Of a DNA stretch of 63,105 bases, positions 12,703 through 23,790 are shown in pieces; position 1 is the first letter of the stretch; each line of letters starts with the position of its first letter. The notes beneath the pieces were generated by a model, which was given only the letters and a program-made list of their open reading frames with translations, was not told the DNA's origin and searched no databases. A program made the position numbers and the translations under genes. The stretch spans positions 1 to 63,105 of the forward strand of contig JBJEXV010000003.1 of assembly GCA_051886175.1 (NCBI GenBank), written 5' to 3'. The DNA is from Candidatus Coprovivens sp. GTDB taxonomy: Bacteria; Bacillota_I; Bacilli_A; RF39; UBA660.

Positions 12703-15700
12703 CTATGCTTTTGCCTCTTTTCTTTTTTCAGAAATTTTATTCTCTTTTTTTACGTTTCTACCAAGGATTAACACTGCTCCTGTAATGCCTAAAATAATAC
12801 CAATAACAATTAAAATTGCTGATATTATAGTAACTTTTTTTCCTCCTGCTTCACGATAGTATTCTATCATTAAAGGGTCTGCATCAATTATTGAATCTAC
12901 AGTCTTATCTAGCGATCTTGTTAACGAATTAACATTACTATCTGTTTCACCCGGTAGTTCGTATACATCATATTTTCCAGTTGATGGATTATATACAATG
13001 CTATATTTGCTACTTGTTAATGTCCCAACACCTTCTGTATCTTCACCTAAATGGAAACTAGATAATGGTCTTGTATTAAGTTTTTCAACTAATCTTTTAG
13101 CTTCTGCATACTCTGGATTGTTTGTAGATGTTACTTTGTCAAAACTCATTTCTAAATATTGTTTAATATAGTCTTCTAGACTAATATCTTCATCACTTTG
13201 TTTTATGATTAATTGACCAGTTCTATAGTTAAACACTGTATAACTTCCGTCATTATATTCTACAAATACCATATCTGTTGTCGAATCAGCGTTTGTACTG
13301 ATACTCTTAATATTAATATTTTTGAATCCATCAGGGAATACAATATCATCTTTTATACTATATAGTTTCCCGTCTGAGCCTAAATAGATTAGATAATTTT
13401 TATCATTATAATTATCTACTAATATTTGGTTCTTTTTGTTATCTATTTCAGTAGCAACTATTTCTATTTGACCATTTTTTACATAAACTTGTTTGTCCAC
13501 TCTTTTTCCATCAATTAACGTATGATAATAGAACGTTTCTATTCTTTGACCAGCGTAATTATACTCATGCAAAGATTGTGTTTCAGTTAATGTAAGGTTT
13601 TTAAAGTCATTTTCATATGTTTGACCTGTTTCGATATTGTAGATATCTTTGTTGTCTAATAATATTTCATTACCATATATATTTGTAGCGTTACCCACAA
13701 CTTTTTTTGTGTTATTTTCAGTATCGGAAACCGCTAGATTTTTTTGTAATCCAACAGGTCCTCCCACTGAAAGTGTTGTTAAGTTATTAGCCACATAAGC
13801 TACAATATTATCATTTAATCCAGTATCGTAAGAAGAATTGTCATCCTCTTCTTCAACAGGTTTTTCATTATTATTTTGAGTTGGCATTTGAACATTTCCG
13901 CTTGCTTCATACTCATTTTTTTCTTGATTAGAAGACGATTCTTCTTTTTCTTCAACTTCATCCTCTAATGTAATTTTTTCATTATTTGTAATTACTTCTC
14001 CGTCTTTTAAGTAGTAGAAGTATTCACCTATAACTGTTACACCATTTTTAACCTCATCTGCAGTTATTAAAGATACTTTTTCGTTGTACTTATCAGAAAT
14101 AGTTACTTCGAAATCTTCTTTAAAGTCGTAATAGAATGTGAATACTGGTTGTTCTACTGGGTATGACACACCATTTACTGTTAATTTAGTATATGGGTCA
14201 ACATTTTCGAATTCAATATTTATCTTATCTACGTCAACTGCATAAACTTTGAAGTCAGGTAATTGATGATATAATGGCGTATTATTTGCTGAATACATTA
14301 CATTTCCAGAACCAGGTAAGTTAAATGAAATTGGGTTTGGATAATTCGCTATTCCTTCAGCTCTGGTCATATATGGATAGTATTCTAATCCTGTTGTTTT
14401 AGATGCATCTATTGGAGCTCTTGTCATTACACTTCTATTTAAAATGCTATATAGTGACCAATCTTTCAAGTAATTTAGATCGATACTTCTTAAGTAATCA
14501 GCAGGAATAACGACTTCTGAAGCATTTATATCTGCTAGATGTGTTCCAAACGTAACACCAGCTGCTCCTCTACTTGGAGTAATTAGCGTTGTATCTTCAT
14601 ATACGTAAATACGTTTTGCGTATGATAGCAATGTTGTATCGTTCTTTTGATATAAGAAGTTATCACCGAACGTTTCAGTAAAGTCTACTGTAACTGTATC
14701 TACTACATTACCTTCTGAATCTTTAATTGTATATGTGTATTTGTATTCAGAACCACCAATTACATATCCGGCCATATTATCAGTTTCTGCTTTAACAGTT
14801 GCTGAAATAATATTGTCGTAAATATAGTTGTATGGGAAGTTTCTTTCTACACGACCAATTAATCCACCTACATATGCTCTTGTTGGATTAGTAGCTACAA
14901 CTGTACAGTTTGCTACTAAGTTGTCATATACATAGTGTCTTGATCCAGTTTTAGATTCATTTCTATTTTCTACAAATCCGATTAACCCACCTACACGATG
15001 GTAACCAGTAATTATAGCTGTAACTTCGTTACGATAAATTGAGTGACCACCTGTACTTAAATATCCTACTGCTCCACCAATGTTGTATGAACTTGTTCCT
15101 TTACCAGTTATCTTAGTAATTTCACTATTATAAATTGAAACTTGGCAATCATATAAGTTACCAGAACCTATACCACCACATAATCCTCCTACGTAGCCAT
15201 ATCCTGTTACTGATCCACCTATTGTACTTGAGTTCAATAATGTGTAACCAGCCCATCCTGATACACCACCTACATAGTAGTTACCATTAACATCACAATT
15301 TATTGCTTTAGCATTATAACAGTTCCAACGATAACCGCAGACACCACCAACGTAATATCCACCAGTTATACTTATGTCTTTAGCATAGTTATAATATGGA
15401 TAGCATGACGAGAATTGTCCAGCTACGCCACCTACATAGTTATTTGTACCATGTACTATGTTGTATGTTTTACCAGTTGGTTCATACTTGTTAGTAGTTC
15501 CGCGTACTTCAATATTTCTACCACTACCATATCCGTATGCTCCACCAACGTATGCTCTACCATACACGTATACACCTGTTAGTATTGTTTTAAACGTAAA
15601 TGTTTTACCCCAATACCCGTTTTCATATCCAAGTAATCCACCTACATAGTTATATGATGCATCAACATAAATATTTTTACCGATAATATCTGTTTTATCT

Positions 15701-18700
15701 ACTGCATAAGATCTGCCTATAAATCCACCTACAAATTGGTATCCTTTTACATAAACATCTGAATATTCAATATAGTGAATATCTGGCGATTTATTATACG
15801 CGATAATACCTGTATAACTTATTCTTTGACCATCTAAATGAATATTTGTAAATTTCATTCTTTGGTATGTATTCGTTTTTTGGTCCCAATAACCTTTCAT
15901 TGTTCCGTTTAGGAATTTAATTACACCGAAGTAATTTCCGGATCTATTAGTAGTTGCTACAAGTTTTATATTATCAAAGCTTACATTTCTTATTTCTGAT
16001 ACAACTGTATCAATTACGCCTGTACCACTACTCAATCCAGTTCGTGTAATACCTTTTATCACCGGCGCTCTTTTACCAATTACTGCATTTGTTTCTGGAT
16101 CAATTTCATCTTGATCTAATCCAACCAATTTATTGAATGAAATATTAATATTCGCTGTATTAGTTGGTACTCCAGATAAGTCAATATCATTAACTAATAC
16201 AAAGTTTTGGTAAGTACCTGCTTTAATATCTTGCCAGTTTTCTGCTGTTTTTATTTGTCCATAGAAAGGAATTGTTAATTTAATAACTTGTGTATATGTT
16301 TGAGTTACCGTCTGACCTGTCATATCAGTAGTGAAGTATTCAATACCTGTTATCTTATAACTATCGTAGTTTTTATTTAAAGCTGCTTTTGCTCTAAATG
16401 AAACATCTGTTACACCAGGTTCGTTACTTGAATATTCGATGTTTGTTCCTTCTAAGTATACTAAATCCTCTAAGAAGATATTTGCTAATTCGAAATTGTT
16501 TTCATTCTTTAATCTCATCGAAACCATAACGTAATCAGCATCCCATGGATTTTGTACTGGTGTATGTAATGAGAAATCCGTCGGAGATGTGTTTTTCATG
16601 TATGTTACATTAGGGTCTTCAAGTAAACTGAATAATTCTACATAATGGATGATTGTATCTTGATCTGCTTCTTGGTTGTTTAGTATTTTTCCTGTACTTG
16701 TATGAAGTATTTTTGGGATTATACCATATTCAACAGTTTCAGCTTTCATTGAACCATCATCTTGTTTTACCATGATAAATTCATCTATTAATTCGCCGTT
16801 TTCATCATATCTCTTTTTATAGTTATCTACTCCAACAGCAAAATCAAATTCTGATAATCCTATTTTTGAGTTATAAACAACTGAGTTATTTAATTCATCA
16901 TCATTTAATAGTTCTTCCATTTTAGTATTGGCACTAACTATTGAGTTAATACTTTGTCTATTCCATGCAAAGTTTTGGTTTGGTGTGATTTGGATACCAC
17001 TAGTTCTGTCTAAATTCACTGCTGAATCTGAACTAGTTAATAAGTCACCCATAACTAATGTTTTTGAAGCTAAGTTTGTGTCATCACTCGAAATGTTTCC
17101 AAGGATACCACCAACGTTATCTCCTATTGTATAAATATTTACTTTTGTAATTGCCGATCTTATATATCCTGACGTTTCTCCTGCAATACCACCAACAGTT
17201 CCGAATTTTGTATTAATTGTACCTGTTACATATACGTTTTCGATAACACCATGGTTTGCGTATCCAATCATACCTCCTGAAGCGATGTATTTAGATACAC
17301 CGAGCGTTTTTGGAGTATGTGTTTTTAGATCTTCCTCTATATAAGAATTTAGTTCCATATTAACTTTTCTTACAAAACTATTGTTAATGTTTGTTGATGA
17401 ACCATATGCTACCATACCACCTGCATAGGCATTTTTACCTTTCATGGCTTCTATGCTTGTGATCTTGAAGTTTGATACTGAACTATTTCTAATTTTTGTA
17501 TTTGTTGCATTTGCAATTAATCCAGAAAGATATAGTGTATCTGCTCCACCAGCTGTTACATCAACATTTGATAAATGAACATTATCTACAACTCCACCTG
17601 TTGTTGAGTTACAAATAAACGAACCGTATCCTTGCTTCATATTATCATTTGTTATAGTTAATGTTTCAATATTTAAGTTCTTTATTGTTCCAGATAGATT
17701 TGGTACAAAACAGTTACCTGTAGTGATATTACTGATTGTATGCCCATTTCCATCTAGTACACCTTTAATATCTGGCAATCTTGTATTTGGTGCACTACTT
17801 AAATCTATGTCTTTTGACATTCTGAAGTTTAAGTGTCCAGCTTTTTGAGCTGCTTCAATATCTGCGATTGTTTCAACGTATTTATATAAATCTAAGCTTA
17901 GGATTGGGAAGTCCGAGCAATCTACTTCGTTTGTTACCTTACCATTTTCACAACTTATTGAGTTACCAGTCATTGTATTGTTACCATTTGATGGATTTAA
18001 GTAAATATCTGTAACTTGGTAATTTGTTTTAAATACATTTGGTGATTTTATATAAATCGTTAAAATACCAATTTTATCTGAGTTACCTGCTGTTTGAGAA
18101 TCCACTATGATTTCACCAGCATTTTTACTATTTCCTACTCCATCAATTGTTAGTCCAGCAATTTTTAAATTACGTGGATTATATATTGAAAGTTGTACTC
18201 TAGCAAAGTAACCATCTTTGTATTGTGATTTAAAATCTTTATGTTCTTTGTCTTGTATTACCGAGTCAACTGATAGTATTTTTAAATAATTTGACTCATT
18301 TTTCTTTGGTACATCAATTACTGGTTGAGATGGCATGTATGTTGGCCATACAAGTGTTGGGAACACTCCGGCTTGCCATGCTGCAACTGTATTAAATTTA
18401 TTTTCTGAATTTAATCTTGCTGACATGAAGGATTCATTACTTAAGTGAGATATTACAGCTTCTTGAGTTACACTATTAGAATAGTTGAAGTTACCTATAT
18501 AATAGATATCTTCTAGTATTGAGCTGCTATAACTATAGAATGAAACATCTTTTCCATAATTTCTGTAAGTTGTGTTGTATAAGTATTTTTCGTTTGTTTG
18601 ATAAACGATACGTGGATCAACTAATAATACGTTTGTTATTTCTGCTCCACTGGCACTTGCCACAATGTTTCCAACTATGAAATCATTTGTGTAATTACCA

Positions 18701-21700
18701 GCTTCATCTTTAGAAATATTTGGTCCTAATTCGACATCTATTAATGAATAAACATTTTCTATTTTTGAGTTAGTTCCAGACGATACTGATAATACCCCAA
18801 CATCTTTACCATTTCCATCAGCTGTATATCCAGCTTCTATGTTAACTCCTGTTACATATCCATTTTTTATTGTACCTGAGTTTGCTCTAAATCCTAGCGT
18901 ACAATCTTCCATACAATAGATTGGAGCATTTAATTCAACAACAAAATTCTCAACAGTACCAAAGTTTTGTTCTCCCATTAGTGAGAAGTATTTGTGTCCT
19001 GTTGGTTCTGTATATGAATATACTTTATCTACTTTAATTGGGTTTCCTTCTGCATCTACACCATCTTCTTGTACTGTATATGTTCTTGTTCTTATTGGTT
19101 CGACACTGCTATCTACAGTTAATTTAACGTTACTAATTAATCCATAGTTTTCGTATACTAATCCGTAATACCATTCATCAATTGTATCTTGATTTAAGAT
19201 GAAGTGTACATCAACATTTTTTAACGTTCCACCACCACCTATACGACTGATTATTGCATTTAATCCAGATTTTTGTGAAACAGTTACTTTATGTCCTTGG
19301 AAGTCAATTGATCCTTGGAATGTTGAACCATAACCACTACCCACCTCAGTTAAGTTAAGGTCTTCACTAACTAAATAATAACCGTACATATGCATGTTTA
19401 AGAATTCGGCTACATTCTTTATCGTACGTGTTTCTGCTTCTGATGTGAATTCTACTGTTTTAAGATCATAATATCTTATGAATCCACCCTCTTCAGAACC
19501 ATCACTGATTGCAGCTTTAACACTTAATCGTGCTTCAAAATCCGCATCGGCTGGTATATTTGTTTTAATGAATGTATCTTTTACACTTGTTACAAATTGA
19601 TTTGTATATTGATTTACTCTTTCAAATTCTAGAGTGTAGGCCATATCAGTCATTTCTTCGCCATTTAAGAAGAATCTAACCATGTAATCATATTCTAGTT
19701 CATTGAAGTATAATTCTCGACCAGCATCTGCGTTAACTGTGACTTTACCTGTAATAATATCATCAAATGATACATTGAAGTTACCAGCATATTCAGTTTC
19801 ATATGTTTGACCACCTTTATCTCCAAACGCAGAGTAATCTGATGGTTCTTCATCAGCACGTAAAATTAATTCCAATTTTACATCTTTTAATTTTAATGTT
19901 GTCTTTTTAGATGTTGTAGTATTTTCCCAAATATAGAATGTAATATATTCTCCGACTGAAATGCCTTTTTCAGCCATCTCATTGGCATTAATTTTATAAT
20001 TTAATCTTTCTGGACTATCAGTAGATAAGTCATTAGTTATATTTTTATGACATAATTCGTTGTCATCATCAAAACTGATACATACTTTTTGTCCTGATGC
20101 TGTACCAACTGTATATTCATAATCGAACGATAAGATGTATGATGTATCTTTTAATTCTGGTATATAGTATGAATATTGTCTCCATCCTTTATAAGCAGAT
20201 AATACTACTTCATTATCTTCTATTCTAATTTCTTTTAAATCTGTCGTATTTTGATGTCCTGCAGTTTTCCATCTTGTGTTGTTGCTGATATCAAATAAGT
20301 TAACATCATCAACTACTTCATAGGAATAGTTTTCTGCAGCATTACGATACTGACTTACATCGTGATTAACCATATTAATTAAACTGTTTAATTGTAAGTC
20401 CCCTGTAGTTCCTTCAACTTTAACACTTTCAGAACGTATAGTGTAGTTTGATTTTAATGTATTTGACATGTGACCAGTGTTATACTCTGGAGCTTCAATT
20501 TGAAGTGAATATGTGTCTTTGTCTAATCCTCTAGCTTGAATTCTTTTATAAACATCTTGTGTTGATTCTCCTTCTCCCGGAGTACAACTTGTTCTTTTCT
20601 TGATTGTTTCTATGTGTTCAACATTGCCTTCTGAATCAACTACTTTTACCAATACGTTATCACCAACGATAGCCCCGTCGGAATCTAATACACATACATC
20701 ATAGTCTACATATCCTAATGATACGAATCCACTTGATATGAATACTTCAGCATCATTTTTTAATGTTTGGAACTCTCTTTGTGATAAGTTAGTATTTACA
20801 ATATAAGTTTTGTCGGCAGATTTTATTGTCGGTATTACATCAATTCTATAAACCGTATCTGTATTCATATAGAATTGAGTTTGTTCTGATAATGTAATTG
20901 TTACTTTTTGTTGGAAACTTAATTTATCATAAACTTGTGAATACGATGTTCCAGTCATCATATCTGTTATAACAATTTCAATATCTTGTTCTATTAATTC
21001 ATATACCGGGTTGGTTTCTTTGTAGTTTGTATATTGGAATGATATAACCGCGGCTTCTTTTGTAACGTTTTCAACGTTTACTGTAAAATCTATTGCACCT
21101 AATCTTCCAACATCATATGTAATAAATTCATAACTCGATAATACTTCTCCTGTTACCATTTCGCCTTTAGCATTTCGATAATCAGCATATACTTTAACTA
21201 TATATAGCGATTCTGCATATAGATTTTTGATTGTTTTAGTTTGACTGCCTTCTTTAAGCACGCCATTTCCGTTATGGGCATCAGCACCTAATTCTTTACC
21301 AAAAGCATCAAATACTTTATAAGTATAATGTGTGTCTGTCATACCATCAGGGTTGCTTATTTCAAACTTTATATCAGCTTGAGTGAAGTTTTTCGATAGC
21401 GATACAGATATTTTCGCACTTGGTGGTGCTTTTAATGTTTTAAATTTAAAGGTATTTCCTTTAATCTTTATTATGTTTCCTGTTATATTACCAGCTATAT
21501 CCACCAATTGAATTGATGAAGGATATTCAGTATTAGATTGTAAAATTTTATCTGTTTTGTAATCTATTTTTTCTAGTGCTATTAAGTTTTTAATATCACC
21601 AGCGTTTAATTTTAAGTGGGATTGTCCAATTTGAACGATACCTGATTTTAATCCTTTTAATACTTCGTCGGTTGGATTGTTGTGTAATTGGATTCCGTTT

Positions 21701-22893
21701 ACTACTACACTCTTTACATCAGGTGTTGTTCCATCAATTGACATTTCAAAAGTTTCTAATGTTCCGATGTCTCCTGTTGTAATTTCAGTTTTTAAGAATG
21801 TATTTTTCATTTTTTGTTGGAATTCGTCATGATAATAGTAATAACCAGTTACTTCATATGTTGTATTTGGCATTAATCCTATTGTTTCAATTTTCCCGGA
21901 TTTATTGAATGAGTTTCTTAAATAAACTGCACCTTTGTAACGATATTCAAGCGTTGGAGTTTTATAGATACGAGTTTTTGGGTCATAAACTGTTAATGAT
22001 CCACTATATGAATATACTCCAGTTTTTGTTTTTTCTAAAGTAACAACTGGTTTAATATATTCTTCTTTAACAACGTGACCACCACTTGGTGTTTCTCCAC
22101 CAACTAATCCTTGGCTTGGAGCAGTTGTTGATGGTGTGTTAATTACTGGTGGTTTTTCCGGTTCTAATTCAATTTCTTCAATAATTTCAGGCAATTCTTC
22201 ATCTTTTGGAGTAAGCACTCCTAAATTGATTAATAGGTCATAATATTTATATTCATCTTCGCCAACTAAAGTTTTTGTAGAATCAGAAATATTAGGCATT
22301 TCATAATATTTATACGCTTTATTTTCTAACGTATAGTATCTTAGGAAAGATTGTTCAAAATAAATAAATGAATTTATAGGAATAATATGGTTTCCACCAT
22401 CTCTTTTAATATTTAATTCAACTAAGTTAACAAATATTCCATTATTTAATTCTAGGAAATAGTACTTGTCATCCCCAGTTCTTTCTAAGTTTTGTCCATT
22501 GTATAAGTATCCATCAGTTAATACAGTATTTTTAAAAGTTGTTTCTTTAATAAAATTGGAATCAATATAGTTTCCTGTATCATTAAGTACATATACACTA
22601 GATGTATCTTCAGAAATAATCGGATAGTCTAAGTTAACATTTTTCTTTGTTTCTTCTCCAATGTAATATTTTTTACCACTTTGATAAATTGTATCGCTTA
22701 CTTTAACATTTTCAAATGTTACCTTTTCGCTATTTTCTGTTAATCCTGCCGAAAGGTTTACCGCTATGTTATTTGTATCAAAAATATAACCATCTACATC
22801 TGAAACATGGAATATAGTAAAACGATTTAAATACATAAATACTCCAAAGATAACCAATAAGATTATCCCTAGAGGTACTATCGCTTTCTTCAT
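12703..22893 (-). CDS. Giant (3396-aa) surface protein with TM anchors at both ends, FN3-like domains and GLUG-type repeat arrays
   Basis: N-terminal TM (IVPLGIILLVIFGVFMYL) and C-terminal TM (VTIISAILIVIGIILGITGAVLIL) followed by a basic tail. There are many YVGGxxG / GGLIG / GGIAG repeats (about 14946-15996 and 17016-17826). LDGNGHTISN-type lead-ins precede them, as in GLUG-motif proteins. Confidence 0.75.
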   Translation of the reverse strand: MKKAIVPLGIILLVIFGVFMYLNRFTIFHVSDVDGYIFDTNNIAVNLSAGLTENSEKVTFENVKVSDTIYQSGKKYYIGEETKKNVNLDYPIISEDTSSVYVLNDTGNYIDSNFIKETTFKNTVLTDGYLYNGQNLERTGDDKYYFLELNNGIFVNLVELNIKRDGGNHIIPINSFIYFEQSFLRYYTLENKAYKYYEMPNISDSTKTLVGEDEYKYYDLLINLGVLTPKDEELPEIIEEIELEPEKPPVINTPSTTAPSQGLVGGETPSGGHVVKEEYIKPVVTLEKTKTGVYSYSGSLTVYDPKTRIYKTPTLEYRYKGAVYLRNSFNKSGKIETIGLMPNTTYEVTGYYYYHDEFQQKMKNTFLKTEITTGDIGTLETFEMSIDGTTPDVKSVVVNGIQLHNNPTDEVLKGLKSGIVQIGQSHLKLNAGDIKNLIALEKIDYKTDKILQSNTEYPSSIQLVDIAGNITGNIIKIKGNTFKFKTLKAPPSAKISVSLSKNFTQADIKFEISNPDGMTDTHYTYKVFDAFGKELGADAHNGNGVLKEGSQTKTIKNLYAESLYIVKVYADYRNAKGEMVTGEVLSSYEFITYDVGRLGAIDFTVNVENVTKEAAVISFQYTNYKETNPVYELIEQDIEIVITDMMTGTSYSQVYDKLSFQQKVTITLSEQTQFYMNTDTVYRIDVIPTIKSADKTYIVNTNLSQREFQTLKNDAEVFISSGFVSLGYVDYDVCVLDSDGAIVGDNVLVKVVDSEGNVEHIETIKKRTSCTPGEGESTQDVYKRIQARGLDKDTYSLQIEAPEYNTGHMSNTLKSNYTIRSESVKVEGTTGDLQLNSLINMVNHDVSQYRNAAENYSYEVVDDVNLFDISNNTRWKTAGHQNTTDLKEIRIEDNEVVLSAYKGWRQYSYYIPELKDTSYILSFDYEYTVGTASGQKVCISFDDDNELCHKNITNDLSTDSPERLNYKINANEMAEKGISVGEYITFYIWENTTTSKKTTLKLKDVKLELILRADEEPSDYSAFGDKGGQTYETEYAGNFNVSFDDIITGKVTVNADAGRELYFNELEYDYMVRFFLNGEEMTDMAYTLEFERVNQYTNQFVTSVKDTFIKTNIPADADFEARLSVKAAISDGSEEGGFIRYYDLKTVEFTSEAETRTIKNVAEFLNMHMYGYYLVSEDLNLTEVGSGYGSTFQGSIDFQGHKVTVSQKSGLNAIISRIGGGGTLKNVDVHFILNQDTIDEWYYGLVYENYGLISNVKLTVDSSVEPIRTRTYTVQEDGVDAEGNPIKVDKVYSYTEPTGHKYFSLMGEQNFGTVENFVVELNAPIYCMEDCTLGFRANSGTIKNGYVTGVNIEAGYTADGNGKDVGVLSVSSGTNSKIENVYSLIDVELGPNISKDEAGNYTNDFIVGNIVASASGAEITNVLLVDPRIVYQTNEKYLYNTTYRNYGKDVSFYSYSSSILEDIYYIGNFNYSNSVTQEAVISHLSNESFMSARLNSENKFNTVAAWQAGVFPTLVWPTYMPSQPVIDVPKKNESNYLKILSVDSVIQDKEHKDFKSQYKDGYFARVQLSIYNPRNLKIAGLTIDGVGNSKNAGEIIVDSQTAGNSDKIGILTIYIKSPNVFKTNYQVTDIYLNPSNGNNTMTGNSISCENGKVTNEVDCSDFPILSLDLYKYVETIADIEAAQKAGHLNFRMSKDIDLSSAPNTRLPDIKGVLDGNGHTISNITTGNCFVPNLSGTIKNLNIETLTITNDNMKQGYGSFICNSTTGGVVDNVHLSNVDVTAGGADTLYLSGLIANATNTKIRNSSVSNFKITSIEAMKGKNAYAGGMVAYGSSTNINNSFVRKVNMELNSYIEEDLKTHTPKTLGVSKYIASGGMIGYANHGVIENVYVTGTINTKFGTVGGIAGETSGYIRSAITKVNIYTIGDNVGGILGNISSDDTNLASKTLVMGDLLTSSDSAVNLDRTSGIQITPNQNFAWNRQSINSIVSANTKMEELLNDDELNNSVVYNSKIGLSEFDFAVGVDNYKKRYDENGELIDEFIMVKQDDGSMKAETVEYGIIPKILHTSTGKILNNQEADQDTIIHYVELFSLLEDPNVTYMKNTSPTDFSLHTPVQNPWDADYVMVSMRLKNENNFELANIFLEDLVYLEGTNIEYSSNEPGVTDVSFRAKAALNKNYDSYKITGIEYFTTDMTGQTVTQTYTQVIKLTIPFYGQIKTAENWQDIKAGTYQNFVLVNDIDLSGVPTNTANINISFNKLVGLDQDEIDPETNAVIGKRAPVIKGITRTGLSSGTGVIDTVVSEIRNVSFDNIKLVATTNRSGNYFGVIKFLNGTMKGYWDQKTNTYQRMKFTNIHLDGQRISYTGIIAYNKSPDIHYIEYSDVYVKGYQFVGGFIGRSYAVDKTDIIGKNIYVDASYNYVGGLLGYENGYWGKTFTFKTILTGVYVYGRAYVGGAYGYGSGRNIEVRGTTNKYEPTGKTYNIVHGTNNYVGGVAGQFSSCYPYYNYAKDISITGGYYVGGVCGYRWNCYNAKAINCDVNGNYYVGGVSGWAGYTLLNSSTIGGSVTGYGYVGGLCGGIGSGNLYDCQVSIYNSEITKITGKGTSSYNIGGAVGYLSTGGHSIYRNEVTAIITGYHRVGGLIGFVENRNESKTGSRHYVYDNLVANCTVVATNPTRAYVGGLIGRVERNFPYNYIYDNIISATVKAETDNMAGYVIGGSEYKYTYTIKDSEGNVVDTVTVDFTETFGDNFLYQKNDTTLLSYAKRIYVYEDTTLITPSRGAAGVTFGTHLADINASEVVIPADYLRSIDLNYLKDWSLYSILNRSVMTRAPIDASKTTGLEYYPYMTRAEGIANYPNPISFNLPGSGNVMYSANNTPLYHQLPDFKVYAVDVDKINIEFENVDPYTKLTVNGVSYPVEQPVFTFYYDFKEDFEVTISDKYNEKVSLITADEVKNGVTVIGEYFYYLKDGEVITNNEKITLEDEVEEKEESSSNQEKNEYEASGNVQMPTQNNNEKPVEEEDDNSSYDTGLNDNIVAYVANNLTTLSVGGPVGLQKNLAVSDTENNTKKVVGNATNIYGNEILLDNKDIYNIETGQTYENDFKNLTLTETQSLHEYNYAGQRIETFYYHTLIDGKRVDKQVYVKNGQIEIVATEIDNKKNQILVDNYNDKNYLIYLGSDGKLYSIKDDIVFPDGFKNINIKSISTNADSTTDMVFVEYNDGSYTVFNYRTGQLIIKQSDEDISLEDYIKQYLEMSFDKVTSTNNPEYAEAKRLVEKLNTRPLSSFHLGEDTEGVGTLTSSKYSIVYNPSTGKYDVYELPGETDSNVNSLTRSLDKTVDSIIDADPLMIEYYREAGGKKVTIISAILIVIGIILGITGAVLILGRNVKKENKISEKRKEAKA

Positions 22894-22905
22894 GTTGTAT
22901 ACCTC

Positions 22906-23664
22906 CTAATCTGTTAATACTGGTAAATTTTCTATATTTTTTTGTAACAAGAATGAGCCATCACTCACCGCTACTGAATCATAACTTAAATTAATTGTAT
23001 AATCTTCAAATTCCATAATTACATCATCTGTTACATTTTCGTATAAAACAGCTTCGTTTTTTTCGTAATTATAGACTGACAAATCTCCATGATAGTAGCA
23101 ATCTACAAACGACATAGGAGATAATTCAACTACGTTAGATCCCCATTTTAACGTTCCTGCTTCTGTAAAGAAATATAAATCTCCACCATCATAGATAAAC
23201 CCATCTATTAAGGCATACTTTAGTCCTTGATTTGTTATAATAGTTTGAATTCCTTCAGCATTTGCTACTGTATATCTGTTAAGTTTCTTTTGAATTTTTC
23301 CTTCTATCGGAAATATAACTGACATTGTATTTGGGAAGACTGCTTCTTCTTTATTAGCATAATATAAAGGTTCATTCATCAAATCCATTTCAAAATCATC
23401 ATCTATATAAAGTTTTGTTACCTTTTCATCATGATCTAATGTTATTTGCGAATCAAATTCCATTATCGCATCTTGTATAACCAAGTAAACTGGTTCGTTT
23501 TTAATTGAATATTGAACTAATTCTTGTTTAGCTTGGAATACTGCTAATAAAACCCCTACTAATAGTACGAACGCTGCAAAACTTATCACAATTGCAGGTG
23601 CGTGTTTAATTATCCATTTCTTAAAAGAAAACTTCTTTTTCTTATTTTCTGTTGTTTTAGTCAT
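22906..23664 (-). CDS. N-terminally anchored extracytoplasmic protein; first gene of the operon
   Basis: I chose the start at 23664 (MTKTTENKKKK) because GGAAGG lies upstream of it, which shortens the listed ORF by 5 codons. TM is PAIVISFAAFVLLVGVLLAVF. Only 12 nt separate it from the 3396-aa gene. Confidence 0.6.
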   Translation of the reverse strand: MTKTTENKKKKFSFKKWIIKHAPAIVISFAAFVLLVGVLLAVFQAKQELVQYSIKNEPVYLVIQDAIMEFDSQITLDHDEKVTKLYIDDDFEMDLMNEPLYYANKEEAVFPNTMSVIFPIEGKIQKKLNRYTVANAEGIQTIITNQGLKYALIDGFIYDGGDLYFFTEAGTLKWGSNVVELSPMSFVDCYYHGDLSVYNYEKNEAVLYENVTDDVIMEFEDYTINLSYDSVAVSDGSFLLQKNIENLPVLTD

Positions 23665-23707
23665 ATCTTTACCTTCCAATTCTATACAATTCTACACTAT
23701 ATACAAT

Positions 23708-23736
23708 ATAATAACACTAAAGTCCAAATCTATCAA
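23708..23736 (-). promoter_or_regulatory. Sigma-A-type promoter of the surface-protein/F1-like ATPase operon
   Basis: Minus strand reads TTGATA-17 nt-TATTAT, about 40 nt upstream of the 23664 start and just downstream of a terminator. Confidence 0.55.
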
Positions 23737-23758
23737 CGAATATCATTGATTTTTATTC

Positions 23759-23790
23759 ATAAAAAAAGAGTTTTTTTTGAAAAACTCTTA
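23759..23790 (-). terminator. Rho-independent terminator after the 540-aa gene
   Basis: Stem AAGAGTTTTT/AAAAACTCTT (23766-23775 and 23780-23789) followed by a T-run on the minus strand. It overlaps the stop codon. Confidence 0.7.
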
